From Amphiscolops sp. MND2022 (taxonomy: Eukaryota), in NCBI GenBank assembly GCA_964187785.1, contig OZ076409.1, forward strand, positions 52,082,001 through 52,146,000: a stretch of DNA of 64,000 bases, read 5' to 3'. Shown one piece after another: positions 1 to 34,548 of the stretch. Numbering within the stretch: position 1 is the first letter of the stretch; every line of letters starts with the position of its first letter. A program made the translations under genes and the position numbers. Under the pieces are notes generated by a model. That model saw only the letters and a list, made by a program, of their open reading frames with translations. It was not told the DNA's origin and made no database searches.

Positions 1-909
1 GGAACCGAAAATATGGAACTGCTTCAAACGTCAAAACTGCCTTCGTACCACAAACTCTTGTGGAAGTTGGCATGCTCAATGGAATCAAAAGCTTTCGAGA
101 TCACGCCCAAGTTTCTGGACTTCCTTGAGAATGCTGAAAAAAGAGGAAGTTCAAGTCAAAAATGCCATTTGTCAAGTCGAAATGGGCTATCTTCCACCAT
201 TACAAAAGAAAAATGGCGTATTTTCGATGCTCAATTGGGCGATCTTAAAAGTTCTTTCATGGCCGGAGAACTAACCGTTTTTGAATTTTGGGAGGGTGTT
301 TCCCATTGTTCCGGCCCGATTAATAACTAAAAACTGCATTACTAACTGTTCGGAGTTAATTGAGGCTGTATTTCATAATTTGTAATTACTGCTACTGTTC
401 GGAATTAATTTCGAAGGTAATTTGTAATCTGTAATTTCTTCTGATGGTTAGAATTAATTGCAGTTGTAATTACTAATTGTTTCTTCTGTTCGCAATTAGT
501 TCTATTCTCTATTTTCAATTCTCTACTCCTTAATTGCGAACAGAAGAAATAATTGCTAATTACAGCAAATTTCATTCTGGCTTCTTTCTGGTAAATTATT
601 CTTTTGAATTCTGCTGTATTGTTTTCAATTTTGACCGCAAAATAATCTAATTTGATTAGTTAATTTTTCGGCTGTATGGGACCGAATTTTCATTTCCTGC
701 TGTATGAACAGGCCCCATTTGTGCGTGTTAAAAGACGCTACATACAATAACACGTGGTTAATAAACTGTTAGTATGCGTGGAAACGATGTGGAGCCCAGC
801 GCATTCGGTCTTTTCGTTACTTAACAAATGGAGCCGGAGCAAAGAATGTTTATGATTGGTCGCGAGACAAATTGCGTAATAGCCGAGTTTGTTTGCATGG
901 CGTTCTAGC

Positions 910-1124
910 GAGTCTAGCTCAATTGGACGACCGCTCAACTAACCAATTGATCAATTGGAAGACTATCAGCTGTTTCTAAAATATTATTGGTTGATTGATC
1001 TTCGCTGACAGACTCCGATTACGTAATCATTACAAATTGTGAGCGGAACTGAAAATGGAATGCGTGCAAAATAGATCAATTGCACAGTCGTCTAACTGAG
1101 CGGTCGTCCAATTGAACGGTTCCC
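910..1124. mobile_element. MITE with TIRs and 9-bp TSD
   Basis: TCAATTGGACGACCGCTCA (919-937) is inverted at about 1097-1115; flanks CGTTCTAGC / CATTCTAGC. Confidence 0.7.
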
Positions 1125-3528
1125 CATTCTAGCATTTCGGCCAAACAATTACGTCACGCTATACTGAATGTTGCCTAAAAGCGCCAGTGCGTTTTAAGCG
1201 TTATTTTCTAGCTTTAAACTGTCAATTCTGTACGCGGGGGCTTAAAATATGTGCGTTATTCCGAAGGTTACACTATAGTGCACGTGTGCGATACTGAAGT
1301 TATACTGTACAGACTTTTGATTTGTGATGTTATTTCACATGTAAACATCGAGGAGCTCAAACGTTCTGAGTGCAATTAGTCAATGATGAAAATTATAATT
1401 AGTCAATAATACCATTTGTTGATACCGTGAACAATGTAAAAACAAATAATGACTTGTTTTCTGCTCTTAATTTAGTCTCTGTTCATATCCATTATAGTGC
1501 TGAGACGATTATATTGCTAGATAAAAAGCTGAGACGATTTCGTTTCTATCATATTTTGGAATGTTTACAATTTTTGAGAAATCGCAAACTTCTAAACTAC
1601 CAAATTCGAAATTCCAAATTGTTACAAAACAAAGATTTAATTATTTCATCACAAAACTGTATACACTCCTGTCAGTTCATCATAAAGTGTACAACTAATA
1701 ACTGTACCAATTCACACCGTGTTTTTGAATCTCTGGCTATAAGCTTTGTTACGAAAGAATACATCTAAGCGTACATAACGTTTCGCAGTTGTACTTGAAT
1801 GCAGGCGAAGCTCTCGGTGGACGAATCATTAACACTCCTTCGCTTGATCTCTATAAAGCGCTGCCTTGCTGCCGCGAGAACTAAATATTTCAGCTAAAGA
1901 ATAGTGCGAGTTATTTGGGGGGTCGACAAATAGGTCTTTAAAAGATCAAATTTACGGCTTCTATATAAACTCTCAGCTTACGCAGAAAAACTAATAATTA
2001 GTCACTTTTTGTTTCCATCGATACCAAACATCACCGAACAACTGAAGAAATGGTGTGACCGCAATTCGACTGAAAAAAAAACGAACAACTGATCAGTGCT
2101 GATGTCCAAGAATATTGCGAGAAGAAGTCGTTAAAATAGATATATTGAATATTTGGAAATAAATATTTAGCCATTAAAATAGCTACAGCTACAACTCAGG
2201 GCCATAAATTGCATTCTTTAGCATCAACAAATTGTTCAAATAAATTGCAAGAAACTATTGTTCAATTCAAGAGCATTTCACCATTCGAAATAGGGATAAA
2301 CAAGAGATTATATAGTAAAGTACAATGCTTCATTAATTAATTTATAATTATTTGCTTCAATTAATTAAGACTGCCAACTATTCGAGACGACTACTGTGTA
2401 TTTTGGAAGAGCCAATGAAAATAACTCATTCTATTCAATCAAAAGCTACCAGTTTTAAAACGAAAGGCATTCCCAGTTCTTGATTTCTCAAAAATGGTCA
2501 AAGAATCTAGATAGATAAAGCCTAAAAATCCTTTTTTGCAAATATCTTGAAACTTCAGTTACTCGTTGAACAGGCAAAGTAAAGCTTATTGGGAAAACAT
2601 CTCAAATAAGCGTTTCGAAATTTCACGCCCGGTCAATAAATATTCAGCAAAACGCTCACTACTTTTCCTTTCTCGACTCACGCGGATAATTCTCGCTGAA
2701 AAGAAGCTTCTTTGCGCTAAAATGAAAATCATCTGTAAAGCATCCAACAATTAACTTCCCTTTCCTTATAATATGATTCACGATTATTCATGACAATTTC
2801 AATTCATAAGTTTTTTTGCCCTAGAAACTTTGATTCGAAGGGGTTGAATTTACTACATAGAATGGAAGTTGCAGAATGGCGGTTTTGAAAAACCAAAATG
2901 AGAAAAGTCTCAAGCCAATGTATACATCGGACTGAAGGTACAGCAATTGATCATTCAGATCAAATTAGATTAGATATCATCAGGTCGTAATTTGGAGGTA
3001 TGCAATGATTGATTTTGATTACTCATCTAACAAAATATACATCATACAGTACAGTACAAGAAGGTAGGTAGTAGTAGAATTATGTAGATAGAATTAAAAT
3101 GTCGCGCGACATGGACTAAATCACTTGAACATTTCACTATCAAAACAGGGTGTAGGAACTTGGGAGATTTTAGTGAGTTTTTATTCAAAACGTCTTCAAT
3201 GAAGGCGTTTTTATTTACAAACTATTTCCCTTCTGTTTTTCCCAGAAAATAAAAGCCGAATAATTAAAAAAAGTAAAAGCTTTTCACCGAGAATTTGAGA
3301 ACAATTTTGTCTGTAATTGTATTCAACTCATTGGACATTCGCCAGCATGGCCCTAGCCGATTATCAATTCATTACTCCAACTTTGATTCATTTATCTTGA
3401 AAGCATTATCCCGTGTTCAATAATTTTATCCATCAAGGCGTTATAAATCACTGGTTAAATTTAGGGAAATGCAGATAGCGAAACTTTTGTTCACGGACGG
3501 CGGGTAATGCGATTGCCGATTAAAGGAG

Positions 3529-23699
<20,171 letters not shown>

Positions 23700-24649
23700 G
23701 ATACCACAGAGAAATCTTTAATTCCACTACTAAAGAATATTCTCAATAATAGTATTTCTTTCTCTTCACACGCGGTAGGTGCTTAGGCGCTTATCTATAT
23801 GATCCGCGGAGTGAGACAGTACATATGGTTGAGATACAGAAAATAAGGGTGTGGTTTCTTTGAATGGCGAAAAGTCTCAAGGCAGAAAAACGTCGATCTA
23901 ATTAGTTCTGCTGATGATAAGGCAAGGAATGCAAATCAGGCTGAAAGCCAACTGAATTTTTCAATCCGGCTGCAATATATTCTAATCTGTATGACGTAAC
24001 AATTAAATGACGAATGACGTGTCAAACGATTTTCACCCCCACGGTTCCAATGTGAATCCTCAATGCATCACTATTTTCTGATCGCGACTATTTTGCAGCC
24101 ACAAGTTTTCCTGATTTGTTTAAAAGAACTGTTTTCCCGATACAATCAGGAATGTGAACGCAAGAAGACAACGGTAATAATGCAGGTTTTGTAATATAAT
24201 GAATCAATGAACCACGTAAGGTAATATGTAACGCACGTCAGAGATATAATATTACTTATTTTTCTGCTGTTGTTTGCATTATGACGCAACGCAAAAACTG
24301 CAGGCAGTGAATTATGAGCTAAAGCGGAAATGTAATCACAAGAATGGTATATACTAGTACCATGAAATCTATCCTTCAGCTTCAGTATTTGGCACTTTCT
24401 GATATTACATCAAATCTGCTGCTTTGCGTTTTTTTCACATCAATTTCTCACTCCTTAAGGTATTTTTCACCTGTACTGGCTAACTGTTTTACAATGTCAA
24501 TCTATTTCCCCAATGTCAAGATACGTTGGCTGGGACCTGAAGCTAAGAGTCTTCTCTCTAGGGGTAATTAAACAGAAGGTGGCAGAGTAATCAAAGATTC
24601 GGGGTTTGCCAGACAGCTAGAAAAATTTCAGCTCAGAAGAATTGAACTT

Positions 24650-24936
24650 ATATACTCAACTGTATATACGACACAAAAAATTGTCAACCGCAGTTTTTCA
24701 CTTCGTTTTGACCGCTTTCTTCTTCTCTGAGCAACGGCGGTCCACGTCTTTAATCGGGCAGAAAAATGCTAAAGAATTTCAGCAATTTTTAGTTTGCTTG
24801 TAGTAAGCACCGCCGTCCTGTGATGATGAAACGCAAACCGCTGCAGTCCTTGTAGCACCAACTCTGCAGCAGCAGCAGCCGCGGCAGTTCTTCCCTTCTC
24901 GTTGCGTTCTCGGTTGCTTTTCGTTGACGATGCTCC
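24650..24936 (-). other. Candidate non-coding 5'UTR exon of synaptotagmin
   Basis: Strong acceptor (atattttacag|GGAG) at 24938-24937 followed by a GC-richer non-repeat segment; the donor end is not defined. Confidence 0.35.
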
Positions 24937-26178
24937 CTGTAAAATATTATTGTGATGAAAAGTGATAATAAATATGGTTTACATTAAAAACTAACATAAA
25001 ATTTGACAAAAACGGCGCTGTGATGGCTGCCTCCTGTGCGATGGAGGTAATGGTTACGAGAAAAGGAAGTAAAAACAAAGGGAGAGGGAAAGCAATCAGA
25101 ACTGGAGAAGACCATATATGGAAGAAAAGCTGAACTGAGGAGAAACAAGACGAAATACAGCAGCAGGAGACTGTATAACGGAGGGATGGCGTAGTAGCGA
25201 AGGCTTCAGAGGTCTTGATCCTTCATATCTGCCTACCAACCAACCAAGCATAGTTGGTACTGCTAAAAATCAGACGGAACTCAGAATAATTCTGGTTACA
25301 GGAGCAGAGAAGGTTCTGCGAAATAGCACCACTGAAAGCAAGCGCACAAAACTGCAGCAGCAGCAGCCACAGCAGTGGCGGGATGGAGAGAACAGAGAGC
25401 GGTAAGAGGCGAATGATTTCATTGGTTGGTGGTGCATTTGGTTGGCATAATAGGTAGAGGTGTAAGTAGGTAAAGCAGAGCAGGATTGTCTTGGATTGAA
25501 ACTTGATTGAAATGGTAGACCATGAATAAGATTGGATTCCTTACTGCTTTATACTTTTAATACGACGACGTCTTTTTAGTTCTATCGTATCTATCAGTGG
25601 TCAAAAAACAATCCAAGCAACAGACACATGGAATTAGCTGCATGAGAAGCTTCTGCGCATAAGTATTAAGAACAAGTCCAAGAAGCTTAATGCAAGTGGC
25701 GGCACAAAAAACACACAACCAGCTCCAAAATCAGCTAAAAGAAATGGATATACAGAGTATGTTTGTTCTCAAAATTGCTTACTTTACGTCGGATTAGCGC
25801 AAATTTCGCACAGGACGCATGGATATTATCAGAATGGTTCACAATACATGAGCATTATTTCATTCCAAACGCAGCCGCCGTCTTGGTCTTCGTCATCGTG
25901 ATTGCTCTACGACTGGCGAGCAAGTATAAAAAGAAAGTGTATTTGATTGAACATTAAAAATTTATGAGTTCGATTTTGATGCAAGTCTACCCCAACCCAT
26001 TTTTCCAAATTTGACCAAGCTGACCTGAGCAGTAGGTGAATGTTGATCTAAAATTAGACCGAGATACCAATATTGATCGTTTTTGCATCTCTGCACGCAG
26101 TCGACAACCTTCAAAACCAACAAAGACCATTTCTTTCACATTTACAATTCCCATGAAAAAATTTCAGTTGGAACGTAG

Positions 26179-26700
26179 AAACAAGCCGGGAACGGCCCAA
26201 GTCGGCGCCATATCTAAGGCTCAAAAATAACAAAAGGACTTCAAAGTGTCAAGTATTCTCTTCTACAGTACCCGTTTGAGGAAAAATTGAAAAAAAATTC
26301 CGATTTTTTTTGAAATTTTTAAAATTTTTTTGGTCTCCCGTAAGTCGCATAGTGCCGAAACATGTAAAATGGGGCCCTTTGGAAGTTTTTTAACATCCAT
26401 TCTTTTGCAAAATAGACAAAAAAATGAAGGGTGGACCCTTTGGAGATATTTGCGAAAAAAGTCTCACAAAGCCGAAAAAAATTTGCACAAAAAAATTTTG
26501 GTCATAGCGGGACTCGAACCCATGTCATTCTGCTTGTCAGACCTCGAAAAAGCCGTAGTGGCCAAGTGGCAGTGAAGTAGCGTGACACAGTTTAGTGTTA
26601 GTGCCGGTTTAGTGCCAACTTATAAAATTTAATAAAACTGTCAGAAAAAAAAGAAGTCACTACTATAGTCTGCGTTTTTCTTCGAAAAGCGCCGACTAAA
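26179..26700 (-). mobile_element. HINE family A copy with tRNA-like insert
   Basis: AACAAGCCGGGAACGGCCCAAGTCGGCGCC ... AAAAGCGCCGACTAAA; T-arm/CCA-like segment at 26499-26521. Confidence 0.82.
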
Positions 26701-28123
26701 AAACGAGGAGGTATCATATTTGAAAAGTAACCGATCAAAGACGTCGTCGGGTAACTTCGTCGTAATCAGGGATGGGGAAAAGCCTTTTCTCTCGTATATG
26801 AACTTTATGAAGCGTTTTTATTTTTCTTTAGTTTTGTCCAGTTCAAAAGCTACAATCTTTCATTCAATTGGCAATATAAAAAAGGTTTTGAGCTTTTTGG
26901 ATACCGTGGCTCATTTTCAAAGTCCAGTATGTCGTTCAAATTGCCGGAAAAGTGAAATTAATAACTCGAGTCATCCCAAAATTCAACTTCTTACCGCGGC
27001 ATATTGCATTCAATATCAGAATAGAAAACATTATTCCTTTTGAAAGAAAACTACAGAAAAAGTTACACTAGTCAAGTTTTTGCCGTTAAGAATCAATTCT
27101 TCTCCGAATGGTGCTTTTTATTCGAAAATCCACCCATAGTTTTTGAAGTTTTATCAATAAGAAAAATGTTCAATGATCGTGTAATAAAGTTAATAGTCAA
27201 GGCTTTTTTGAAACATTGACCTTTGTGGATTAGGCTGTGAAGCAAGGATACGTGGGTCTTAATCAGGGGATGGACAAACTTTCGATTTTCACAAAAGTAA
27301 ACGAGACAGAATGGTCCCCCTTTGGTTTTCAGCAGTGTGCAACTTTTTTTACAAAAAATTGTTTGAAGGTAAACCCGTCACTTTGGGGTTTTTGATGTTT
27401 CCAGTTGTGCAAAAACTGTTTTTAAGTCACTAGGGTACCTAAGGAATTATTTTGAATAAATTTTTACAATAGTTGTTGTTTTGCATATATTAAACACCTT
27501 GCTCCTGACATGTTTTCTCTTCCATAGTACCCAAAAAAACCCAGAGGGAGACCGAACTGGTGCGCTAAAAGGGAGGGATATTTGGGAATTTTTAAGATCC
27601 ATTCTGCTGCAAAATTTCAAAAAAAATTGGAAGGGATGTTACGCTAAAAAGGAATAACTATTATAGTTCAGTTCTCTGAGCCAAATAAATGTTTTAATTT
27701 GGCCCCTTAAATTTTGTTGAACTTTTGGTAGAACTATTTTGATCAGTTCGTGATTGAAAAAAATTAACAAAATAACAAAAATCACTATTATAGCCGCGTT
27801 TCACTTCATGACGCACCGACTAACAAGGACATTCGCTAGGTTTCGCAGTTTCAGTACAAATTGACTGAAGCACACCTTTTCGTTTTCAACAAGCATTGTA
27901 GTCATTACTAACCAAGTTTGTATCAAGGTAAATCCTAAGTGTAATTGTTCAATTAGATTATAAAACTATCAACATTTCATACATGTTAAAGAATGCTTGG
28001 GAAAATTTTGGCTTTTTTGGATAATGAAATCCGAGAAATAAAATGCGACTCTTCGTCCTGTTCTTTATATTTTTTTCCTATGCGAGCGAAGTGGCCATAA
28101 AATTACAAAATGTCAAAAACGAT

Positions 28124-28890
28124 TCAAAGGGTCCTCACCAGGGTCCTTTCCAAAAAAAATCCGACATGAAATTTAATTTGAGAAGACGCGATTTGTTCGC
28201 TAAGCCTCTTGCGTTTGGCTTGTAGCTCTCGGAGTTGCTTTTCCATGTCAGTTGTGGATTTATCAACACTTTGCAATTGTCTTTTTTGCTGATTACCGGT
28301 GAGTCTGACGTACACACCAAAGGAAGACTGCAAAGTTCCTGCACTTTCAGCCAGGGAAGCGTTGTTGCCTGCATTTTCAGTCGTGTCCTTTTTGTATTCT
28401 GGTGCGGCTTTCACCATAAGATCGAGAAGACGCGAAGGCATTGCAAAAGTTTCAAAATTTTCTTCATTGAAAAAATCTCTGAATGATTCTAAGGAAGTCA
28501 TAGAGGTCAGCATTAAAGTTGGATTGATAAGAAGATTCTTGTCTTTTCATCATAGAGAACCTGCTTTCAACGGTCATATTATGCGGACAAAGAAAGATTG
28601 ATATGTTCACAAATTTCCTCAATCCTACTCGGGAAGGAACCTGAGCGACGGCCGCAAGCACCAGTTTTAAGAAACTCAATTATAGTGAGTGGTTGAGAAA
28701 GCAATGCTTCTACAGCTCTTATGTATTTCACATTCCGAATGTTTTTTCAGGTCTTTTTGTCCAGATGACACATTGATAATTTTCTGATCGTAACGACATT
28801 TGGCGTGAGATGGTTGGCCTGGCAGAGGCAGAGCCCAGGGATACGAAGTCTGCATTTCCGAAGTCACAGTACACTTGCCCATTTCCAAAA
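28124..28890 (-). pseudogene. Internally deleted hAT-like transposase relic (BED finger plus C-terminal motif)
   Basis: W..AKCRYDQKIINVSSGQKDLKKHSECEIHK (BED-like) next to LCPHNMTVESRFSMMK (hATC-like); catalytic core absent. Confidence 0.6.
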
Positions 28891-30199
28891 TTTGGAAAAC
28901 GTAAGTCCACTAGGTACAATGATTCACGAAATTGAAAATAACTAATGATGTGAAGTGAAATCAAGTAAACATCATACTGCGCACTCTTTGAAGCCTCAGC
29001 AGTTAAGGATTTCTGAACCAGGCTGAAATTCCGACTTCTTCCGACTTTGGAATTATTCCGACCAAATCCAAATGATCGGAGAAATCCTGGTCCTCTCTTA
29101 TTTTCGAACATGCTTAATGGGACTAAAAGGCAATTAAGTGTTCATTTCCGGCAATGGGTGACTTGTTATTGAAAAATCATTATCACGAAAGGGTCGCTCT
29201 GTGGCTTTTTGTTAGGGAAAAGCCCTTTTAAGCAGAAACGTCATTTCTTCGTTTTTTGTCCCTATGCAACTTTTTCTGGTATTTTTATCCTTCCATTAAA
29301 GGGTTTTTCGCAGTTTCAGAGAAAAAAGGCATTTTCACGCCCAAAGATTATTTTGTATGAGACTTCTCTGAAATTTCACAAACGAAATTTCTTAAAGCAT
29401 ACTTTAAAAGTTAGAATAAAATTTTTCAAAACCGAAGAGGCTCACTGCTAGTTTTTTTTCCACACTAAAAGTTACGAAATTTTCCAGAATCAGTTCCTTA
29501 ACTTTTTAAAGTACTTAACGTTTTCTGAGCCTCAAACAGGGTGCGGAATAAAGACGCTCCCGAATTGCTTTTCTTTTGTGCAAACTATGTTCGTATTTAA
29601 GCTATATACCTGCAGGGAAAGGCCGAAAACGGCGCCCTGGTCAAGGCAATGTTTTACAAATATGCTCTCAGCATTCCAGACAGTTCTGAACTTTATCACA
29701 AGGCCGAAAATATTCGAAGGGCCTTTTAAGTCCACAAAATTTTTTTCCGGCCGAAAAGTTTTTCCTGACATACAAGTGGCCCCCCTTTTCTGATTTATGG
29801 CTCATTTTCAAACTGCTATTTTGATGGCCGAAAACGATAATTGGCGTTACACACGAAGCAAGCCGAGAACAGCGCAAGTTGATGCCCGCTCAAGGTTCAA
29901 GCAGAGTAAAAAAGTTTTAAATATGCAAAGGGACACTGTGAAATTTTCGTAGATCAAATTTAGTGCCAAAAATACTCAATAGAATACGACACCTATAGTC
30001 ATAACACTCGAAAATCGCTTTTTCCTACCTCGAAACGTCAAAACACCTAACTCGGAAAAAAGCTCATAGCGCCGAAAAAGACATCTGTTTTGAAACTTGT
30101 TTCTGTTAGGAAACATTTTCTGTACAGCTTTTTTATTTGAGTCACAAGCAACAGTTGGTTCGAACATAATAACAGTCCAAGTGTATGAAAAATGGTTTG

Positions 30200-31390
30200 T
30201 TCAAAGGAAAAACTAAATAGAAGTAAAGTTACTGTTATGGAACAATATTTCAATTTTAAACAGGCCAGTTGAATTTGTTTTGTAAATTTCGTTCAAAAAG
30301 CTTGAAAGTTCAAACAGAAAAAAACCCTTTGTGTTAGCGAAACGCTTCAAATAAGCCCAATTTTTAAAAACGAACGTGGTTGAACATTGACCAAATGAAT
30401 AGCGAGTCACCTTCCCTAGTTGAAACTGCTTGAACTTTTTGCATGTAATGTATTGTTGCCAGCAACATGTATGATTTTTGAAACTCTTACGGAAACTTTC
30501 ATGCGAAAATATTTCCCTGTTGTGTTCAACTTTTATCAAGCTGCTTCAAAGAGTCATGAAAGTTTTGGCGACAATTTTAGCCTTGAAGTGTTGCAGGTTT
30601 CATTAAGCAGCAACTATAAATTAAAAGCAAATAAATTGCTATCAGTTTTACCGCTAATTTAATGCAAAAAAACTTCAGTCGCGTAGTAAACTGCGAATTA
30701 GCGTCATGCTTAGCGTGCTCTTTGAGAAGCGGTGATCACATCAGATGAGTAGTTGAGAAAACAGGGTAAATACAAGGTGATCGTGTCGGTAATGTGGAAT
30801 TTATTTTCAAATTTAATTGCAGTAGTGGAAAATGCAGTGTAATTGTACATGATTTACCACCATAAGTTCACTGAACTTTCTAGGTTTCATAAACATTATC
30901 CAGCATGTAAAAAGTTCCTGCAGTTTCAACTAGGGTTGTTAAAAGGAGCGAGTCGCTCCTAGCGAAAATTGTTGAGTTGCGAGCGAGTCGTGAAAGTGTG
31001 AATACTTTTAGTGTGAATCGACGTGAAAGGAAAGAATGAATACATGTATTTGAGCCTGATAAGTTATCTTTTAACAAGCCAAAATTGATCAAGTGTGCCT
31101 CAGAGCGCACTAAAAAAGCTTCTGGAGCACGTTTTGGCTATCAGCCCTAGAAATGTGGCAGTCGAAAGGCTATTTTTCATAACAGGTAACATTCAGCAAC
31201 CAAAACGGGCAACTTTACAAAGTTGTACATTGTGATTTACCCATGGTAAAATATAGACAATTATTGAAATTCGCTATTTTTACACAGGATTTGTCCAGAA
31301 GTAGCGAAAGGAAAAAAGCCAGAGTAGCGAGGCAGTTTTCACTACTGGTAGCGAATAGCGATCAAAAAAAAGTAGCGGTTCCATGCTCTG
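30200..31390 (+). pseudogene. Degenerate hAT element, right end
   Basis: About 31115-31220 reads KLLEHVLAISPRNVAVERLFFITGNIQQPKRATL (hATC-like); GTAGCG subterminal repeats and terminal CCATGCTCTG at 31390. Left boundary uncertain. Confidence 0.6.
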
Positions 31391-34300
31391 CATACAATTC
31401 AGCTTAAGATATTGAATGAACAAATGGATATTGGATGAAGAAATTTTCCCACAAACGCGAAGAAAGTGTTGCACCATACCCAGGGACTGCAGAAACTCAC
31501 GGCGTGTAAAATCGTGGCATTTTCGTGTAAAACTCGATTCACATAAATCCATAGCATTTGCATGTAGTCGACGATCAAAACTGATTCAGAAGGCATTTTG
31601 TTGATTTTTCAGTAAAGATCTCACTCAATGACAACTTCAACCAGGCCAAATTTTCTCAAATATTTATCCCAATGGGATCCATAGCTTTTTAGTTTTCCTC
31701 AAACATGAAAAAACTCTTACCGAATTGTTTGATTGAAAATGAAAGCGTAAATTCCGAGAAAAATGAAGTCATTCAGAAAAAAAGTGAATCAAAAATGTAG
31801 AAAAAAAGGATTTATAGTCCGTGAAATCGGTTTTTTTTAAAAGTTACCGTAAACTCGCACCGTGAAAGTGACTAAAAATCCTCGTGATATTCTGTCATTT
31901 CACCATACCCGGCTGTGGAAATGAGTTTCATTTAGTGACATTCAAAATTCTAATTCCAAAATCTTAAAATCTTGAAATTGAAGCGAAAAAAATAGTAGCT
32001 CTGGCGTTTTACCATCCATGGTTCAATGAAGTCATCTCTACGGAGAATTTCCCACAACCAATATCAGAGAGAGGATTGCAATCATGAACGCTTGTGACAT
32101 TTCAAAGGGGTTACAAAGCACTAATTTAAAAATTATTGATGCTTCAATCGAATAATTTTTCGTTAAAGTTAAACGTTTCTGTAATAATATGAACAAGTAT
32201 AACTTACTCAGTTGCAAAAACGCTATTTTTCCAATAAAGAGTTGAAACCAGTATTTTTCACGTTTAGTAAGAAAAGAGGAGGAATTTGGAGTAATTTAAA
32301 TTCATTTGAGAGCTCAAAAGACGTATTTATAACGTCACTTATGCGATTAATCAATAATGAATGAAGGAACTACGCTGTTTTTGTTGAAAGACACTTATTC
32401 ATCATCTCCGGGATCTTGCATATTTTTATCAACGAAAAAGAGGAAAAACACTGTTCAAACAGCATTCACTGTAATGCACAGTCAATTAAAGGATTATAAA
32501 ATCAAGAGCTCATAGCATTTGTGCGGTTGAGAGCTGCGTACAGAGCATATAAAAGTGGCAGTATGTTTGAATTAAGACTGATGTTACTTATTCATCTCGG
32601 CGCATTTGCCGACGAACTTGCTCCTCCAGAGGAAGAATAAATTTCAATAGAATAAATGACACCACAACCCACAGTCGAGGGTAAAAGGGGAGTGGGGGCA
32701 AGACACAAGAGCTCCAAAGGGATGAATTGGTTGTGGGTTGGGTATGCTAATGGACGAAATAGAACAATGTGACACGCCACGCTATTAGAAGCGGAGGGCG
32801 AACCACGTGCATCAAGGAGCAACGGCGGGCCGCAGGCTAGCAACTACCACCAATTTGATTCCCTTAAAAAGGTCTTCCATCCATTTCCAAATTACATTTT
32901 CTTAACAGCCCTATAAGTAACAGAGACCGCACAGCACGGTGGTTGCTGCAGTTGTGGGGGCAGGGGGAGTGGAAATTAGTGCAAGACGAAGCAAGCCAAG
33001 GCACTGGCCCAGAGTCTCTGTGTCATGTCCATTGCGACAGAACCAATGGACCAACCATTCTTGTATTCCTGTTCGCCCCGAGGGGTCCACCAAATTGAAT
33101 TAGAGCGAGAAAACAACGCAACTTCCTCATCCCGTGCACCACCCATTTAAAGTTGTTAAAATCTTGACCGCTGTCTCCACAAATTATCTTGCAACACCCA
33201 ACATGGTAGTTTGTACCTTACGTACTCCGCTATAACAACTTGACCTCGCAGTGCAGGATAGTCCACGAGTTTGACTACAGAAGTAACAGCCACTATTAAT
33301 TAGATGAATATCCTACTCCCCTTGGGATATTTATGCTAAGTAGCCAAGTTTCCCCACTTCTATGCTACTCAAAGAAATCATCCATATACATACATCTTAT
33401 CACTCATCAGTAAGTGCTTTGAATTGAAACTGGCCACCATTAGTCAGTATTGGAAAAGTTCTATTCAAGACTCGTTTGCAAGGCAATGCTTAGAAGATCC
33501 CCAGCATAAAGTCATGAAAATCAGGGACTTCGGCTGGCTGTCAGCTATAAATGTTTTTACTTTTTGGTGCTAAAATTTGTTAGAAAGATACATGCTGTAA
33601 CATCCATGTGATAAGTGCTCTGAGGTCACCGGAAAAGATGACCTTAAATACACATCAAGGAGTGGATTTTCATATTAGTGAAGAATGTTCCAGTTTGTTT
33701 GCCTTAATAATACACTGGATCCGCTCACAACTCCAACGATTATGAATGCTTTCCGTAATCCCGACGGGACGCATAGCAGGGAAGAGACTTAGTGCAGCGA
33801 GTGAAAAAGGTCACCGTTCGTTCGTTCACCGACCAACTCAGCAGTGAAATTTTGCCAGCGAAACCAAATGTACATAATTGTACAGTAAGCGGTACAAACA
33901 CCTTTGTTTTTTTGAAATCTTAAGATCATTACTTTCCAGGTCAAACCCTATTAAATTTGGGTTGTACCCTCAGGCTATTGAATTTATTCGTGTCTAAACC
34001 TCAGCTCTACCTTGCCCACATCACGATAAGCAGTCTTGAGTTATTCAGTCAAAGAGCTTTTCCACCCTGAACTGAAGATATTTAAGTTACTCAACCGGAA
34101 TGATTTTGAAACATTATCAGACGTTCGAAAGTAGATCCATTTTGAACTACTTCCACGTAAATGCAGAAACATAGAAAGTTTGGTATTTGTCATATTAAAA
34201 CTCACTCGGGCTCTTTTCTATCCATCAAACTTTTTCAAAGGAAAATCTTTAAAAAATGATTCACACTGGCCAGATTAGAAGCGAAATCTTGTTCCGCAAC

Positions 34301-34548
34301 AGGAAGTTAACTTCTATTGGAATAGTTTTTCCTTTGAACTTTTTTGGTAAGCACCAGTAAAGGGTGTTGCAAAGTCTGTTAACATGCTATGAATAACGAC
34401 GAGAATGTCTAAAGTCGGCGCTATACTTAAGGCTCAAAAAGCGCAAAGTTTCAAAAGTAAGCTCAGGACTTGTTTCGAACCTCCAAAATTCGGATTGTAT
34501 TGAAAAAAATATCGGTGGATATTTATTGAGAAAACCTAATATCAGATT

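Noticed and set aside
13..700. 105-aa ORF and AATTA-rich repeats with possible TCCCAT..ATGGGA ends (301-681)
   Set aside because: No recognisable domain; the inverted ends match too weakly and no TSD was found, so no element is called.
32590..33200. GC-richer segment with a FCRNGHDTET knuckle-like peptide on the minus strand
   Set aside because: May be a gag relic, but the motif is incomplete and no supporting pol, LTR or splice pattern was found.
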